From Klebsormidium nitens (lineage: Eukaryota; Plantae; Klebsormidiophyceae), in NCBI GenBank assembly GCA_000708835.1, contig DF237468.1:315-64314 (forward strand): a stretch of 64,000 nt of DNA, read 5' to 3'. A program made the translations under genes and the position numbers. The notes under the pieces are model-generated. The model made no database searches and was not told the origin of the DNA. It was given only the letters and a program-made list of their open reading frames with translations. Shown in pieces: positions 37,601 through 50,540 of the stretch; the stretch's first letter is position 1, and each line of letters opens with the position of its first letter.

Positions 37601-40600
37601 ACTTGGCGCAGGCGCTGCGGCTCGCGCATCAGGAGGTGGGTCTGTGAGCCGGTTTGAATGCGGACTTAAGATGTTTCTTCGCATCTAAGCTGAGTTCCCA
37701 AAACGGCTCGTGGCTCTTTCGTATGCGGTTTTCCAGAATTGAAAAGTTCTTGTGAAGTTGGTTGGAGGGTGGCATCAGAAGCGGTTCTTGGGTAGATTTG
37801 GATACGTGCGTTCAATTGGATTCCCACTCTGGAGTCGGATAGTAAAGCCAAGCCCCGAACGACGAATCCCCCCAGCCCCTCCCCAAGGGCTTTCCTACGG
37901 ATGTCGAAGCTCCAAATGCATCCTTGGACAAGGCGATTACTTGGATATGCTTTTTACCACCAAAATTACGGTGTTCTCAACTCTCAGTCAAAAGCTGACA
38001 TGCCGCTCCTTACAAACAGGCCCAAAGGTGTTCGGACGCAGAGCAGCGCCTGCCTCCGAGCGCCTTCCCTAAGCGTCTTACTCATTCTATGTCCAAACCC
38101 AGGAAAAAGCTGAATCTTCGGACGTCAACACTTGATTCCTCCCGTCCCTTCGATCCCTGAACGCCATTTGTTTTTGAGTTTGTTGTTTGCCACTTCTATC
38201 AACAGGCCCAAAAGTGTTCAACGCTTCAGTTACTTGCATCCTTCAGTCCCTTCCACCCCCTACATCTTCCTTCTCAGCTTCTGAGCTTACAAGATCCTTG
38301 GAAGTAACAAATGCTACTTTGTCAACAGGCTCAAAAGGTGTGGGATCATACTCCTAGCTTTCCATCATCTCGAGCTTACCATTTGCCAGTTGTTCCACAG
38401 GCCCAAAAGGTTCTGGACGTACAGCGTCGACTGGCGCAGCAGGTAAACCACGCGAAGCGGGAGCGCATGCTGGAAGAGATCTCGGAGGAACTGGTGGAGC
38501 GGATACGAGAAGCGGCGGGCGCCAAGATCTCCGCGATCATGGAGGACCCGTCGTATGGAAAGGTGGGGAATGTTCACAGTCTTTGGATTTGAGTACGAGT
38601 AAACGTAATGAGAGTGTTTGCTGAAAGCGGACCGCTGGATCGCTGTCAGCGCTACACCGACTCGTTCCTCGCGAGTCGCAGAGGCCGCTGGAGACGTCAC
38701 TTGGATATTAGCGCGAACTTTAAAACTTCGAACTTTACAACTTCTCGTTTCAGTCAACATCTGGCGGTTCTCAATCCAGATGTCACTGGACCTGTGCTTT
38801 TCTCTTGGGGTGAACGTGTTGTGGTTTGGTTGGTCGTATCTCCTACCCAACTCGGTTTCAGCGTCTCGTGTCGGCTGCCTGTGCGTAACGAGCTCGTGGG
38901 AACATTTAAAAGTCTTTTCACAACACTGCGCCGCTTGCGATGATCCATGGTTTTGTTCCTTGCAGCAGGCGCTAACCATTTCCAAGGCTTCTTCATGAAT
39001 ACGTGGCTTGCTCTGAAGCCGAAGTAGCATGCCGGGAACGTCAGAGAGTGACGCGGCTTGCTCTGAAATCAAAACCGATTCAACAAACGAACAAACATGA
39101 AAATCAAAGTCAAACAAAAGAACAAATTCTATCTACATTACAACAACAAACAACAACAAACCGCAGTAGCAAAAAATCAACGGAACAGATAGTAACAAGT
39201 GAAACAAAATCAACAACCAAAAACAACATTGAAGAACAATTTCAAACTCAATCTTGTGCTTGTTCCTTGCAGCAAGAGCGGGGCAAGGCCCTGGCGGAGG
39301 TGGAGCAGGAGGTGAGGGCGCAGTTTGAGGAGGCGGGCGATGCGGACGCCGTCCAGAAGCTGCCCCTCGCGTTCGACGAGCTCAAGTGGCGGGTAAGCAC
39401 TGTTTTTCCAGTATGAACGTGCGTTCGATGGCCAAAAGCTTTCCGCACCCAAAAAGCTCTTTGTCCGTTTTTCGAAGAACCTCCTACCAGATTGTCCTTT
39501 GCCCCCAACATTTTTTCTCGCAGTCGGAAGGCCCTCATCGGCACACTTGCAGACTCGTCTTTTACGTTGTTTCTCAAGCTCCAATCTCCTTGCGCTTAGA
39601 AGGAGAGTACCGAACTTTCATGATCTCCTTAAGTTCCCTTCAGATCGTCCTTCCTGCCGCATCTCTTCGGCTGCCGCATCTCTTCGGATATCCATTGAAG
39701 GTCCGGCAAACTCTCCTTCCACATAACACAGCACTCATCAATACTTCCACAAACCTCTTCTTCCAGATCATCCGGCGCAACATCATCGACCGGGGGGTCC
39801 GCCCCGACCACCGTCCCCTCGACCAAGTCCGCCCCATTCACTGCGAGGCCGACTTTCTCCCGGCCCTGCACGGGTCATCCCTCTTCTCCCGGGGTAACAC
39901 TCAGGTGGTTTGCACCGTAACCCTGGGTTCCGTACTAGACGCGCAGAAGCTAGACACGATGGGCGGCCCGGATTCCAAGCGGTTCATGCTGCACTACTCG
40001 TTCCCCCCGTATGCGACGAATGAGGTGAAGCGAGTTGGGGCGGTCAACCGACGGGAGGTGGGGCACGGTGAGTATAAATTTGGCTCTAAAGGCTCGGTTA
40101 AAGTTGCTTTTTCACTTGAACGGGTGAGTCTCCTGAGTGGCGCTGGGAAAAATCTCATGGACGTCTGGCGGATCACCCACGTTTGCTACTTCGTTATTGG
40201 ACTGATTCGGGAAAGGACTTGGAAAGGGCACAGGTGAAGGGAACCGATAGGGATTGGCGGTGCTCATCTCAAGATGCTCCTATCAGCAGCAAGTCAGCTT
40301 CAGTTGTGGTGCTTCGAAGCAAACTACGCCCTTGAGTACGCGCGTTAGCTTCTGAGCTGCCTACTTGACAATCCCCATCTTATGGGCTCCTCTTTCCACT
40401 GGATCAAACGCTGACTTTGCCCGCTCCTGTTCAGACATGGTCTTTGCTAATCAAAATTAAACGCTGCCTTTGCGTGCTTCTGACCAGGCATGGTCTTTTT
40501 GCTGAACGAAGTGAGGCGGCTGACGTTGCGTGCTCCTGTTCAGGCATGCTCTCTTCGATGTCTAAAGAACGGATGCTGACGTCACGTGCTCTCGTCCAGG

Positions 40601-43600
40601 CATGCTCGCGGAGAAGGCGCTCGCGGCCGTGATGCCGGACGATGACGCCTTCCCGTTCACCGTCCGGGTGACGTCCGAATGCACAGCCTCCGACGGGTCG
40701 TCCTCCATGGCCACCGTCTGCGGAGGTGAGCCTGGGCTTTCCCCCTTTCATTATTCCAGTTCTCTTCTCCGTGCCGACTTCTCCAATCACAGCGTTTTTG
40801 AAACGGTTCGTGGGTTTTGGATCGTCTCTTCACATCTCTGACCCAATTTTGGTGCCACAAAGATTGTTCTCTCTGCATTTTCAGAACCAATCTGGTGCGA
40901 TTGTCTGCGGAGAGGAGCCCGCAGCACTTGGACTTGCTTCTGACTCCGCCCCTTACTTGTCGTGGTCGCCTTCTTTCTTCCGCCTCGCCGGTCCTTTTCG
41001 GTAAATTTTACACGTCAAGTCATCCCAAGCTAAGGCCACACCGTTCTGTACGCTCTGACTTATCAGGGTTCCTTACTCATCCCCACAACGAACCTTCGTG
41101 ATTATGCTCTGAAACGGCATCAAAACTTCTCGAGGCAGCGTGACTGTGATGCTCTTCGCTTATTCGAAGCCAAAAGGCATTTCGCTCTCGCAGGCGGCCT
41201 TGGTCTCTCGACCAGCCTATGCTCGCATTTCAGAGTCGCACGGCCTTCTTTTTAACAATATCGACGAGATCTGACGGAACGCGCGGAAAGCCGACACGTA
41301 CCCGTGGAAACGGCTAAACTGAAATCTAAAACACTCTTTCTGTTACAGGCAGCCTTGCGCTGATGGACGCGGGCGTGCCCATCACCAAACACGTGGCGGG
41401 CGTGTCCGTCGGACTGTTCACGGACACCGATGCCGACAACACCGTCCGAAATTACAAGCTGGTCACGGACATCGTGGGGTTAGAGGACCATTTGGGCGAC
41501 ATGGATTTCAAGGTGGCGGGAACTAGGGACGGCGTGACGGCGATCCAGCTGGACATGAAGCTGCCGGGGATCCCCCTGGAGATCCTGGTGGAGGGGCTGG
41601 ATGCGGCGCAGGATGCGCGACGCAAGGTGCAGTTTGGGGTTTTGGGTTATGATTGGCTTAGGATGTTCAGGGAGGTTTTGGTGCGTAGGGAATTTGAAGG
41701 TCTGTGGGGAAATTGGAGGTTTGGTATTCCGGACTTTAGGGACGATTCCTTTGGAGATTCAGAGATTCAGTTGAAGGGGCTGGGTGCGGCGCAGGACGCG
41801 CGACGGAAGGTGCATTGCCAAACCTGTCGTACTTTTGGATTGTGATGGGTGTGGATGTTGCTGACGGCTCTCTGATCCGTCAGGGACCTGGCACTTTGGA
41901 GATTTCGGGTTTGGGGGTTTAGAGGTTAAAGGGGGTCCCCTGACAATTTTGGTGGAGGAGCTCAATGCGGCGCAAGATTCCCGGCGCCAGGTGCGGTTTA
42001 AGGTTCTGAGACAGGAGCTTTTGTGGCATCAGAATTCGTTTTGGACGTTTCGGGTTTGGGGTCGAGGCAGTTCCCGGAAGAGTCCAGTGGAGGGGTTCAA
42101 CGCGGCACACGACGCACGGAGCAAGGTGCGGTATGTGGGTTTTGGTTTTGATTGGGGTATTCAGTTTTGGACTTCTCGAGCCGTTAATACAACTGGTTCC
42201 CTGTGTTGACCGAAAGGTGCTTCGGTTTTAGCCTTGTATGTCCACTCCAAGTAATCATCCGCAAACGCTCAGGTGCTTGACACCTCTTATCACAAGCCGA
42301 AGGTTTTCAATACCCTCTCCAAAACAGCGATCTTCTTGGACTTTACTGTCGTTTTGGAGCGGTAGATTGTCAAGCCGTGGACCGTAACCCACCTCTGAAC
42401 CCCTCTGATGACACCTTCCATCACTGACCGCCCCTTTGCAACTCACTTCGATGACCCCAATTTCTTGCCAGGTCATTGCCGCGATGGAGCAGGAGATTGC
42501 AAAGTTGTGATTCACAACCATTGGTAAACATTTTCTGGTGACATGTCTCATCGGGTTTTCTTCCCTTTATTTACCCTTTTCGTTAACCCATTTTGTTTTG
42601 CAGGTTATCACCTTGATGGAGCAGGAGATTGCGAAGCCGCGTGAGGTGCCCAAGGACTCGCACCCGCGCCTTGCGACGCTCCCGGTGGACCGGGCATCGC
42701 TCGGGAAAGTGATCGGGCCGCTCGGTGCGACCATCAAAGGCATCCAGGCAGAGAGCGGTGAGCGCCCTTCGGCTGTTTAGTGTTCAGGGTTTGAAACTGA
42801 CCTAGAAACTATGCTCAACGGAGATTCTACAGAGTAGCGTAGACATTGCTCATGCTCTGCATTGAATTCGAGAAAAATAACAACGAGCCGAATGATAAGG
42901 TAACCGCACTGAGACGGGTAGGGTTAGTTTGGTGGTCAGGGTGGGTAAGGGTGCGGAGCAGGTATCTTTTTGGGTTGGGGTTTTAGGTGCTAGTCGGAGC
43001 TCGTTATTATTTTGGCTTATTATTATCTTTCTTGAGAAATATATGCTTTGCGGTATGATGCAGGGGCGCGCTTGAAGGTCGAGGACGGCGGGGTGCAGAT
43101 CTTCGCCAAAGACACGGCCAGCTTCAACCTGGCGCGGCATCTGGTACGGGTCTCTGCACTGTTGCCCCACGATTGTTTGTCCGTATCCTCTTGACGTTCC
43201 TTTCTGTGACCATGTAACGTCTGGAAGTCAAGCCCACCGATAGTTCCTCACATGGTTTCTGTGCTTTTCCCCATACTTCTGAGCTCCCAAAGAACACGAT
43301 TTAGCAATTTTGCGATTTTCCAGTGGCATTTGCATCAGTTAGTCAAAAGAACCTCGCGATACTTTCGAAAGGGTATTCCGGAATCTCACTCAGGGTGTTC
43401 TCTCTGTACTCTTTAATCAAAGCTGTGGAATGTGTCCCTAAAGCTATTCATTCGAGAAAGCAACATGCAACTGTCAATTGTATTGCGGATCTCCCCAGAT
43501 CGAGATGGCGGTCGGGAAGGAGGCTTAGAGATCGGCTTGTTCTTTCTCCGTAAGTTCAAAGTCATCTAAGTGTTCCAGACCTGAGCGCAAGTTTGATTCA

Positions 43601-46600
43601 TTCCTAACCCCTCCAGAATGAGATGGCAGTCGGGAAGGACGCGGAAATTGGCAAGGTGTACGACTCAGTCTGATCCTTTACTTCAAAACATCTCAACCTG
43701 CCAGACTCTTCCTAAACCTGGAAGCGATTCCGACCCGTTCCTTTTCTGGATTGCCCCAGATCGAGACGGCGGTCCGGAAGGACGTGGAATATGGCAAGGT
43801 GTACGATTCAGCTTGTTCCTCACCTCAAAGTCTTGCCATACATCCTCTTATACTTGAAAGCGATCCTAAAGCACTCCTAATTCCCTCAGATTGAGATGGC
43901 GGTCGGGAAGGACGTGGAGATCGGCAAGGTGTACGACGGCGTCGTGACGAGCGTGCGCGACTACGGCGCGTTGGTGGAGCTGGACGGGACGGGGGGGCAG
44001 GAGGGCCTGCTGCACATCTCGGAGATCTCAGAAAACAAGGTGGGTTTCGGATTGACGGGTTTTAGTGGTTCCGATTCGTCTATCTAGGGTTCAAGGTTTT
44101 CAGGTTTTATGGCGAAGGGGTTTTTCAGTCTTAAAGACGCTTAAGGAGAAGCAGGAGGGCCTGTTGCATGTATTGGAGATTTCGGAAAGGTGGGATCTCT
44201 AAAAACCCGAAACGAAAGACCCCTAAACTCGTCAAACCAGACCCCCGTGAAGATTTAAAATCGTACGATTAGAAAAACAGACAGTCCCTGAAAGCCCAGG
44301 CACCCTTGAGACCATGGTTAACGTGAACCGGCGCTTGAAAGACAGTGTTGGCCATACGCCAAGTTGCTTACGTCAGTAAACACGACGCAATCCTCTGGCC
44401 GTTTGTTCTTATGGAAACTTGCTGTCATTTTTGTGATTCTAAAGCAGCTCCTTTTGTCGTCCGCGAGTCGAACGAGTCGAAGTTGGATCAGTCCACTTGA
44501 CACTAAAACCTATGACTCTCTGGTTAGATTCACGCTTGCCCTCATACTCTCTGCAGATTAGCCCAGTAAAAAACGCGTGTTCTTTCAACAAGCCGCCTTG
44601 CCGACCCCCTCATCTCTGAACCAACCCATGCACATCCTCTGGTCTGCAGATCAAGAGAGTCGAGGCCGTCTCTTTGCTCACATTCTCCCTTCCTAATCCC
44701 TACTTTTTGACGGCATGCACACATGTTCTTGCGCGAGATTGAGTGCTTCGAGGACGCAGATCCTCTAACAGTTCGCTTTGCCAGTTCCTAATTCTTCTCA
44801 TGCCGTACGCCATTTTCTTGCCCGTTGAGCACGCGAGTCGGGGACGCGCTTTTACCTGACATTCCGTTCCACATCCGAACAGCTCTTATTGATGCACATT
44901 CTCTGCAGATCAAGCGAGTCGAGGATGCTTTCGCAACCAGCTCTTCGAACTTTCTAGATCGTCCATAACGCTTTGCTTCTTCGCCGATCGAGCAAGTCAA
45001 GGACGCTTTCCAACCCTTCTGTAACCCTCTTAACCCATGCACGTCCTCTCGTCCTCTGTAACCCGCTCTTACCTATGCCTATCCTCTCGTCCTCTGTAAC
45101 CCTCTCTTAACCCATGCCTACTATGTTTTCTGTAACCCTCTCTTAACCCATAACTAGTTACTCGGTCTCTGTAACCCTCTCTTACCCATGCCTATCTACT
45201 CGTCCTCTGTAACCCTCTCTTAACCCATGCACATCCTCTCGTCCTCCGTAACCCTCTCTAGAGCATGCTAATATCCTTTTGTCCTCTGTAACCCTCGCTT
45301 AACCCATGCCTCTCGTCTGCAGATCAAGCGAGTCGAGGACGTGATGCGCGAGGGCGACCGCGTGCGCGTCCTGTGCACGGGGCGCAACATTCGTGGCGAC
45401 ACCCGGTTGTCCATAAAGGCCCTCAACCGGGCGGATTCCGCAGGCAGCAGCGACTCGGAAGACTATTCCCCGGGCAGTGACTCCGATGCAAGCTCGTCTT
45501 ACCGTAGTTCAAGGTGAGGATTCCGGTTATTGAAATTATAACCTGCCGACGGAACTGGAGATATTGGACTCGGAAGGGAATCTTTTGGAAAGGTGGGACT
45601 AAAATGAAATGGTCTTTGTGAGTGAGGTTGAAACTGCCACGCCTTTTGAGAAGATAGAGCACTTGGATTCTGGTGGGATTCAGAGTATACGTCCCTTCCC
45701 TGGCCGGACTGGCGGAGAGTAAAGACCAAAACGAAACGTGAATCATCATTTTGGACTTTCATACTCCAGTTTTCGGGGGGACGGTCCATCCGGCGCTGAA
45801 AGGGGCGAGGGAGGGACCCCCCGGCGAGAGCCGACTCGGAGGATAACCGAAGATAACGTGGAGCTCGGGAAGACGTACCGGGCGAAGGTCGTGTCGGTGC
45901 GGGACTACGGCGCGTTTTTGGAACTAGAGACGGGAGAGCAGGGGCTGCTACACGTGTCGCAGATTTCGCACGGATTCGTAAGTCCGCGACCGCTGTGCTT
46001 GGAGTTTGTAGATTTGAGGGTTGTTTTGGTGTTGTGAACTTGGCGTCTTTCTGGATGCTGCTTCTCTGCACATTTCTTCGGTGCTTTGCCGGGTGGAGTG
46101 GAGTGCGTCGCAATCTTGTCGAGAGACGGACACGAGCACGAACTTTAAATACCGCCGAAAAATACAACTTCGGGGACTCCGCCCAAATTAAACGGTCGTG
46201 CTCTTGTAATATCTACCACTAGATTCACGTTTCCTGTATGGGTCAGTGTCGCTGCAACATGTTCTGTTTGTACATCCGACTTAGACACATCTCAATTGGT
46301 GCGTGAACTTCTAACGACTCCACACTGCGCTTTCTACTCATGCTTGCCGAATGACCCACGTATGGTTTGAAGGAACGAGCCACACAGTTACATGACCGGC
46401 TTATTGTTGCCCCAGACTTAGCCGCAAAATCCAGAAAAGGGTGCTTTCGAGTTGACAAATCCGGATGCTGGAGCACAAACATCTCTTTACAAGGCGTTTG
46501 CTTGCCGAATCCGTGCTGTCTTGTCTTTGTCAATTACAAATTGCACGCGGGCCGGACGTCAATTTTCGTTGGTATTGGGCCGATAGCACGCCGTTTAACC

Positions 46601-46853
46601 TGTACTGCGTGCGGTTAGGTTCCTTGAACGCATACGATAGACTCTCAAGGATCTCATGCATTCTGCTTGTCGCCTGCAGATTACCTCGATCAAGGATCAC
46701 GTAACGCTAGACCAAGAATTAGAAGTCGTTGTAGTGAAAGAGCCGAGAGATGGAAATGGGGTGACCTTTTCGCGGCTTCCCTTACTTCGGAAACCCCCAA
46801 AACGGACAACGAACTCTCCCATTGTCATTCCTGGAAGGAGGAACGAGTCCTGA
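34660..46853 (+). CDS. PNP2: Polyribonucleotide nucleotidyltransferase (PNPase), mitochondrial type, with two S1 domains
   Basis: [96 protein letters not shown] motif [12 protein letters not shown], two S1 repeats (VRDYGA...[12 protein letters not shown]). Arg-rich N-terminal presequence. Confidence 0.94.
36108..36165 (+). repeat. Dispersed C-rich intronic element, copy C (PNPase intron)
   Basis: CACCCGTTCCGCACTTGTACCCACCCTAACCTCCATACCAACCCTACCCGTCCCAGT; a more diverged copy. Confidence 0.7.
42899..42965 (-). repeat. Dispersed C-rich intronic element, copy D (PNPase intron, inverted)
   Basis: Reverse complement reads ATACCTGCTCCGCACCCTTACCCACCCTGACCACCAAACTAACCCTACCCGTCTCAGTGCGGTTACC. Confidence 0.8.
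45011..45310 (+). repeat. Minisatellite, about 8 copies of a ~38-bp unit, ending just before a PNPase splice acceptor
   Basis: Unit core CTCTGTAACCCTCTCTTAACCCATGC recurs about every 38 nt up to the acceptor AG at 45321-45322. Confidence 0.85.
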
Positions 46854-47936
46854 CAGGCCGGCGCACGCTTTTCAAGTGGAATTTTTTATTGTGACTGTTC
46901 GTTTCGATTGCCCGTCATACGTTTCAAGTTTAGTACTGGCTTGATGCGGTTAGGTTGTTCGATTTAATATGCTTGGGCAACGTGTACTATATGCTCGACG
47001 AGGTGCTTGTAGATGAAGCCAGTACGTACGTTGCGAGGCAACTCAAAAACTCCATCATATATGCTCCATTTCTAGCTATAGAGTATTAGTGTAACGCACC
47101 TGCTCTAGCCGCATACATATGCTAATGAATCCTGTAATATGCGCGACATTTAGTGCATACTGGATCGCCTATAGCTACATAGCATCGTTATGATGCGTAT
47201 AAGTTTTTCAGGCGGGCGCGGCAGCCTAAGCGCTGTTGTCGAAAAGTTGCATCGAACCTCTGTGAAATACATCCTTATAGGCACATGTAGAGGCCCATCA
47301 TGGCATGGCGCAAATTAGATGGGCACTTTTGGACGTTGAAGATCATCAACATATGTCTTGGTTGGCAAACTATCGAGCGACAACAACGAAGCAGCATGTC
47401 TAATCAAGTTTAGCCTGTGTGAACAAGTGACTGCACTGAGCGCACTAGCATAAGTACCGTGGTAGCTACTGTACCTAGAGAATGTTCTGGGCCCTGCTCT
47501 GACCGCACGCATGCGCGCCACCGCGCATAGCCTTACCGTACGCGCCCGCGCGGCCGGGCCACCCGGTAGGCCTTGCTTCGAGTCCGGCCCGAACAGTTGA
47601 AAAATAAGTCAACTCCGCCCTTGTATCTGATTCGACAGCAGACACGCAGGCAGTTCAATGCAAGGGTAGGGAATCACGTCCCGTCGAACATTCTGAACAC
47701 GCTTTTCTCTGCTCTTCTCTAAAATCTCTGATTGGCTGCAAATCTCGAACGGATAGCCGGAGAGCCAGTCATTTTCCAGCGCCTCGCGAAGCAGGACGGT
47801 CAAGCCTGCTACACAGGGCTCTCTGAATCTTTTGCAGCATTGCAATTTTCGTCGTTCCCTGTTGTTTTTTGCTGTCAATACAGAGATTTTCTCAAGGGCG
47901 CCAAGGAAGCTTCTGTGAGGTCAATCTTCGGGCACA

Positions 47937-49075
47937 ATGGCGTCCTCTGCTCTTGCCACCCGCAGCGCTGTGTCGCATGCTTCCCTCTCAAAGTCGTTGA
48001 ACAAGGAGTTCACTGGGTTGAGGCCCCAGGCAGCTTTCGTGAAGGTGCCATCAAAGGTGAGCAATGTAGGTCCAAACCTTGAGTGCGGAGAAGGAATACA
48101 AGCAATTGAATTGGGTTGGCAGCTGTAGAGGGTATAAATTGCAAGTGGGAACTGAGAGGGTAGAGGTGTAAGGAGCGGAGTGTTGCACAAGGCAAGAGCA
48201 GCACTACAGGATATAGCAAGTTCATTTTTTGGAATGCATATCAATGAAGATTGTAAGGTGCCTTTTTGTTTTTCTACTGTGCCCCTACAAAAATCAGCAG
48301 GTTGAGAATGCAATTCCACAAGGGGTTTTCCAGGCGGAGGGCGGCGCAATGCTCTTGGAGATAAGGGATCAAATCGGTATTCAGGACACATAGCTAGTTA
48401 ATGTGCTCTTATTGTAACTGCTGTACACCCACAAGATGGAACTGAAATCTGGTCAACTGGATGCAGGCTCTTTACACCCCGAGCCGGAGGCAAGCACAGG
48501 GGGTGCAGTGCGGGTACTTGGGCTCCGCCACTAACCTGGTAAGTGTTGTCAGGCATTCCGTGCTAGGGCAACGAGTCAAGTTGCTTCTTTCTCTGTGACA
48601 TGAAGCCCTATATGATATCTCTAAATGGTATGTGTAATGCTAATCCCCTGTTGTTCTCAACCGGAGTCCATGAGCTCAGGGGCGCCATGTTCGATAACTG
48701 CGCTACCATTGACACCTCTGATTTCTTAGCAAGACTCAGGAACCGCCTACGTAGCGGACCGTCTTGCATTTGTACATTGCGCCTTTCAGATAAGAATGTA
48801 CAGAACAACTGCCCTTCTGTTGACAACTCCAAGTGGTGGTCCTGCAGATCATGATTGGCTCTACCACTGCTCTCCTAGTCGCCGGCAGATTCGGACTTGC
48901 ACCTTCAGCCAGCAGAACAGCCACCGCTGGGTTGAAACTAGTTGACCAGGACCCCGGTCTTTCCACTGGTGACCCTGCTGGGTTCACAATCGCTGATGTG
49001 TTCGCTTCAGGCGCCCTAGGACACGTTATTGGAGTCGGGATCGTCCTTGGCCTCAAGGCCACTGGCGGCATCTAG
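47937..49075 (+). CDS. PSAK: Photosystem I subunit K, 3 exons, with transit peptide
   Basis: [10 protein letters not shown] transit peptide; GYLGSATNL|[20 protein letters not shown]...[31 protein letters not shown]. Confidence 0.95.
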
Positions 49076-50540
49076 ATAGGAAAGCACACTTGTACAGTTA
49101 TAAACAGGTTTGTCCATCGGCTTTTGCACACGCGCCGGTCTGCCGTGTTTGCCGTCATTGTGTTGGGACTGCCATTCAATCAATCGCAACTGGAGATTGC
49201 CCGCTCATTTCCAGGAAGTGCAAGTGTACCATTGCCTTCCGCGCGTCTGGACTGAGCACTATCAAGACTTGAAGTATTTGCACAAGGCTGGTTGCCAGTG
49301 AAACTATCAGACCAAGGTGCAATTGAGGCCGCACTCACATTTCAAAGGGACTGGGACTGTCACATGCCAAGCCAGGGTCTCTGTCTACAGAACTGAAGAT
49401 ATGTGCAGATGGTTTCAGGTTTGGGCATTAGCAATGGAGTAAGAGTGTTCCAAGCACAGTTCCTCAACCGGCTTGCATCAATCTACTTGCATAGATCGGC
49501 GGACCCAGCACGTTCATCGTCGGGGATGCTCATGAGTCGAGGCAGTGATTGCACTTCTGCAAGTGTAAGTGGATCCGAAAATCCTTTGTGTGCATGAGCA
49601 TGTGGCCTGAGACTCATGTGAAGTGTTGGCCGGTCACTCTTTAAAGTCCGTTTACACGTTGTCTTCATATGATATCTGACCGTCCTTTAATCCTGTCAGA
49701 ATCCATGCATCACTATAGCTGGCATTTTGGGATGGGACAGTGATCAGGTCAAAAGGGCATGTACCGGAGATTTGCAATGACTCTGTGTACACACTGCAGC
49801 CACTTCATGCCTGGAAGCTGGCCGCCGCTGCCAGGCTGCTGATACCATTGTCGTTTTCACATGCTGCAACTTCGGTTCAATACCGTCCATGTTGGCCGAT
49901 CCATACACATGGAAGTTGCATGACCATCGACAAGGATCATGCAATGCGGAAGTTGTAGATCGGACATGGTTTTGGATCGGGAGGCTCAGAGTCCGCATGC
50001 GTCCACGCCATTGCGGCGATTCAATCATATGTATTCATACTGAATTTCGTGGACATATAGCTCTTGCACAAGATACTGTGCATTGATCGACACCTTTCGC
50101 GTTGGATGTTTCGACTTGGAGTTTTGAAGCCTTTATGCAACCAAGCGCCAATATCAGACTTAAGCTTGCACGGGCGGCAGTGATTAGGAGCGACCAGCAT
50201 GCTTTAAAAGAGCAGACGTTTAACAGATGCATAGAAAGGACCAAGTAATGAGCCCGAACTGGATAAACAATTTGAGTCTGGTCGAAAGAGCGCCGGACGA
50301 AGCTCGTTCAATACGGAAAGCGGAAGCAGATCGATCAAAAGACTTACTTGTGACTTTGACTGGACCTTTCGATAAAACTTTAAGACGAGAAAAGTCAACG
50401 CGGCAATTCAGCATCTGCAATCTGTTTTCAACTCCAATGGATATCTCCGATAACCGCAACTCCAATATAGTGTTGAATGTTGTCATACTCTTAGCAGCTT
50501 CGCCAAGCTGCCGAACTGCTCAACTTTCACTCTAGTTCCC

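Noticed and set aside
43490-45310. CRISPR-like repeat-spacer pattern
   Set aside because: Repeats are degenerate copies of host splice junctions or a minisatellite in a eukaryotic intron; no cas genes.
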